Positions 60,819-64,000 of a stretch of 64,000 nucleotides of DNA are shown in pieces. The stretch is from an uncultured Candidatus Binatia bacterium (GTDB taxonomy: Bacteria; Desulfobacterota; Binatia; Bin18): contig OZ243961.1 of NCBI GenBank assembly GCA_965214605.1, forward strand, positions 512,001 through 576,000, read 5' to 3'. The notes under the pieces were generated by a model. That model did no database searches. It was not told where the DNA came from and saw only the letters and a program-made list of their open reading frames with translations. The position numbers and the translations under genes were made by a program. Each line of letters starts with the position of its first letter. Position 1 is the first letter of the stretch.

Positions 60819-62441
60819 TTACTCGATTGGCGGAAAGAGAAACCGGGGCGGCATGACGAGTAAATGCGCCCGTGCGCCAATTGAGCGTTTTGCGTTGGTG
60901 GGCTGATACCAGGCTTCGACCCACACATCGCCGACGTTACCCTCCAACATGCGCCGATCCGGGTTCGGACCGTCCAAGGCCGGGGTGAACAGCCCGGCTT
61001 GATCAAGCGTCCCAACAAACTTGACATCGTCGTCATTATTGCGCTTGACGTATTCTTCCAGCTGCCAGGTGACCGGCGTGATGCGGCCTAACTTCACATC
61101 ATCGGCCGTGCCTTTTTTGCCATCGGCCCCGTTGGTGTAGCCGTCCACCTCAAACTGCTGGAAAATCTTTGGCGCCCGCCCCCCACCCGGACGGGCAAAG
61201 CCATGTTCCGGGGAGAGCCGAATATAGTCGACCGTCTTATACACCGCCAGCCGGAGTTTGCTGCTCACTCCTCGAACATCGACATCCCTCCGGCCCGGTT
61301 CGGCCTGCGGGTCGACTGTCAGCTCAAGCACCAGGGTATCATCGGCCTGCTGACTCACAGATTGGACCGACACTCCAGCGCCCAAAGACACATCTTCGGC
61401 CCGCAGCCCTGGGGGCAGCTTGATGCCGAACAGCTTCAGCTTTGGCGCGCTGCCAGCCTGTAAGGCGGTCGGGATGCTCGTCAGCAACCGGGCCGGTCCA
61501 AGACTCCGATACCACGTCTCGGTCAAGGCCAGATCACCATAGGCGGTTAGCAGGCGCCGCCCCTTGATCCGTGTCCCGTCTTCGCTGGCAAAAAATATTT
61601 CTCTGTGGCTCGTCTGCGCCTCGCCTTCGCCCAGCTGAGCGAGACCGCGCCACTGAAAGCCGGTGTAGACAATCGCTGTCGTTCGGCCCGACAGCGTCAG
61701 ACCGTTCGAGAGTTCATAGCGAAAGCTCCCGCTGTACCGATCATCCTCTCCGGCTGTCAGCGTTAAACGACCCACATAAGCCCCGCCCCCGCCAGCATCG
61801 TGACCGACCACTTTCCACTCACCAGAATAGTCAGCCTTGGGTCGGGATTGCCAGTTGGTCCACGCGTCTGTGCGAAAAGGCAGAGCCTTGACCAAATAGG
61901 GCACGGCCTGCTGCTTGGCGTAATCGTACCAAAAGGTCCGGAGCAGCCCGGCCGAGACTGTTTCGTTTTCGATATTCGGCAGCAGGGCCAGTTTCGCGTC
62001 AATCAAGCGCTCCCACTCTTGGGCGGTTCGGCCTTGGAGGGCGGTTCGGGCGTAGGAGTGGCACTGCACACAGCCGGCTTGCAGAGCCGCTGGCACGTCC
62101 TGGCTGGTAACAGTATGATCACGGGCCAGAATAGGCTGAAAAGGCGCGACCTCGGCTGGCGCCAGGCCATACAGATCACTCAGGTATTTGACCAGGGTAC
62201 GGGCTTCGCCAGCTTGGAGTTCGACCTGGTGAGTCAACACCATGCGCGAGATGGTCATCTCCCAGCCTTCCGGGGTTTTACGCTGGAACTCAATCGCGTC
62301 AAATTTACCGTCGGATTGGCGTGGGACATGACAGCCCGAGCAGCGGTCTTCCAAAATCGTCCGTGCAGCGTCCGCTTGACCCCAAGCCTGCAAGGGGGCC
62401 AAGAGCAGACAGCACATGGTAATGAGGAGCGGTATTTTCAT
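60819..62441 (-). CDS. qhpA: Quinohemoprotein amine dehydrogenase alpha subunit (diheme c)
   Basis: Signal peptide, CSGCH, QRKTPEGW, CVQCHS, GPNPDR, NVGD. Confidence 0.93.
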   Translation of the reverse strand: MKIPLLITMCCLLLAPLQAWGQADAARTILEDRCSGCHVPRQSDGKFDAIEFQRKTPEGWEMTISRMVLTHQVELQAGEARTLVKYLSDLYGLAPAEVAPFQPILARDHTVTSQDVPAALQAGCVQCHSYARTALQGRTAQEWERLIDAKLALLPNIENETVSAGLLRTFWYDYAKQQAVPYLVKALPFRTDAWTNWQSRPKADYSGEWKVVGHDAGGGGAYVGRLTLTAGEDDRYSGSFRYELSNGLTLSGRTTAIVYTGFQWRGLAQLGEGEAQTSHREIFFASEDGTRIKGRRLLTAYGDLALTETWYRSLGPARLLTSIPTALQAGSAPKLKLFGIKLPPGLRAEDVSLGAGVSVQSVSQQADDTLVLELTVDPQAEPGRRDVDVRGVSSKLRLAVYKTVDYIRLSPEHGFARPGGGRAPKIFQQFEVDGYTNGADGKKGTADDVKLGRITPVTWQLEEYVKRNNDDDVKFVGTLDQAGLFTPALDGPNPDRRMLEGNVGDVWVEAWYQPTNAKRSIGARAHLLVMPPRFLFPPIE

Positions 62442-62586
62442 GTCGTGAGTCTCTTTGTCACAGTTCGGACTGGTAATCTTACACCCAGCGGCCGAGCTTT
62501 GAAAGACTCTAAGACAAGGGGGGAGCAACGCGTCTTGCCGCCGCTCCGGCTTGTTGCTAGGACAGAAGCGACACGACGAGAAGGCG

Positions 62587-63306
62587 ATGGGCGCAGTGGA
62601 TCACAAACCTGACCTCAGCCAGGCCACCGGAGCGGGTGTTCGCGTTGCCCTGATCGACAGTGGTATTAACGCTACACACTCCCATGTGGGGTCAGTTGCC
62701 GGTGGAGTGGGCTTTTGGATAGCCGACGACGGAACGGTCCAGGAAAACGATGCCTACCCCGACCAACTTGGCCATGGGACTGCTCTGGCCGGGATTGTAC
62801 GGGCCAAAGCTCCTCAGGTTGAGCTGTACGCGGTCAAGATCTTCACCCAGCGGCTTGGCGCATCCATTAGGCTGCTCGAAGCCGGCCTAGGCTGGGCCAT
62901 TACCCAAAAGATCAAGATTATTAATCTGAGCCTAGGCACCAATAATCCGCAGCATCGGGAACGGCTGAGCTCGCTCCTTGGGCTGGCTCGGGCCGCAGGA
63001 TCCATCCTGGTCGCTGCCTCTCCACCAGGGCGAACCGACGTGTTGCCGGCCGCGCTGCCAGGGGTAATTGGAGTGGCCGGAGACGAACACTGCGGCTGGA
63101 ACGACTATCGTTACACAAACGACGACCCGATTCCTTTTCGTGCCCACTCCCAGCCTCGTCCGCTGCCTGGCTTACCCCAGGAGCGCAACTTCCAGGGCCA
63201 TAGCTTTGCCTCCGCCCATGTTTCGGCTAGGCTGGCTTTATTCGCTCAGACCCGTCCACAGCTCAGCCCGGAGGAGGCCCGCCAGTTCTTAACGCCCAAG
63301 GGCTGA
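62587..63306 (+). CDS. qhpE: Short subtilisin-like S8 protease (leader peptidase)
   Basis: IDSG, GHGT, INLSLG, GHSFA; adjacent to qhpA. Confidence 0.8.
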   Translation: MGAVDHKPDLSQATGAGVRVALIDSGINATHSHVGSVAGGVGFWIADDGTVQENDAYPDQLGHGTALAGIVRAKAPQVELYAVKIFTQRLGASIRLLEAGLGWAITQKIKIINLSLGTNNPQHRERLSSLLGLARAAGSILVAASPPGRTDVLPAALPGVIGVAGDEHCGWNDYRYTNDDPIPFRAHSQPRPLPGLPQERNFQGHSFASAHVSARLALFAQTRPQLSPEEARQFLTPKG

Positions 63307-63323
63307 GCCCAGACCACACCCGC

Positions 63324-64000
63324 TTAGCCATCCGCTTGCAGACCTTCCTCTCGCAGGGTTGTTCGGGTTTGACTCGGCAGGGCCGCCACGTCCGTATAGC
63401 GGCCTTTCCACCTCACCCGTCCGCGGTCCAAAACGAGCACCGGCTCACCCCGGTGTAAGGAGGATAGACGATGGGTGATACAGATGAGGGTGCGGTCTGA
63501 CATAAACGCCTCTAAGGTCTCCCGTACCTCGGCCTCAGCGCTTACATCAAGACCGGACAGAGCTTCGTCCAGAACGAGCACCGTTGGCCGTTTGAGTACC
63601 GCCCGGGCCAGACCGATGCGCTGTCTTTGTCCGGCCGACAGTCGAGTTCCACGCTCACCAACCGCAGTCTGGTAGCCGTCGGGCAGGGAGACAATGAACT
63701 CGTGTAGGCCGAGCATAGTCGCGGCATCAACCACGTCTTTCTCCGATGCCTCGGGAGTAGCGTAACGCAAATTGTCTAGCAGCGAAGCATTAAATAACAC
63801 TGGCTCGTGGTCAACCACCAGAATATGTTTGCGCAGCCAGGAGACCTCACACGCCGACAGCGGCTGGCCGTCGAGCAGGATGGTCCCAGCCTGCGGCTCG
63901 TATAAGCGCACCAGCAGGTCGGCCAGGGTCGATTTACCGCTCCCGCTCGGCCCCAGCAGGGTGAGGCGTCCACCGGCTGGGATATGAAAACTGACCTGGT
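63324..64000 (-). CDS. ABC exporter nucleotide-binding domain, 5' part outside the window (QhpF-like by context)
   Basis: GPSGSGKS, LSAGQRQR, LVLDE in one open frame. Confidence 0.85.
   Translation of the reverse strand, partial: QVSFHIPAGGRLTLLGPSGSGKSTLADLLVRLYEPQAGTILLDGQPLSACEVSWLRKHILVVDHEPVLFNASLLDNLRYATPEASEKDVVDAATMLGLHEFIVSLPDGYQTAVGERGTRLSAGQRQRIGLARAVLKRPTVLVLDEALSGLDVSAEAEVRETLEAFMSDRTLICITHRLSSLHRGEPVLVLDRGRVRWKGRYTDVAALPSQTRTTLREEGLQADG

Noticed and set aside
1-64000. tRNA, rRNA, integrase or prophage genes
   Set aside because: None recognised on reading

Overview
GC-rich bacterial chromosome segment, about 60 genes. Abundant LLM monooxygenases, class III CoA transferases, thiolase/DUF35 pairs and amidohydrolases, plus a prfA-prmC-murA-hisD-hisB block, suggest an uncultured deltaproteobacteria-like (Binatia-type) lineage; this is inference only. 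Main elements: (1) a candidate neutral-lipid storage locus at about 6.9-13.6 kb: esterase, WS/DGAT homologue with an altered catalytic motif, GNAT, lipase, Crp/Fnr regulator with matching TGTCA-N6-TGACA sites, a small amphipathic protein and an Rv0474/MLDSR-like XRE regulator, with a shared promoter motif; (2) a complete type II-C CRISPR-Cas9 locus (17 identical 36-bp repeats, 16 spacers, cas2-cas1-cas9, tracrRNA) resembling the Parvibaculum lavamentivorans system, with two over-long spacers at the cas2 end; (3) paired active/degenerate SDRs and CoA transferases next to a thiolase-like/DUF35 pair; (4) a decayed island (SSS remnant, IS1595 remnant, hsdR fragment); (5) two structured non-coding elements at 37.6-38.3 kb; (6) a quinohemoprotein amine dehydrogenase cluster (qhpADCB, qhpE, partial qhpF) with a variant gamma subunit, followed by a Tat-signal nitroreductase. 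Family calls come from motif recognition and recalled sequences; no database search was run.
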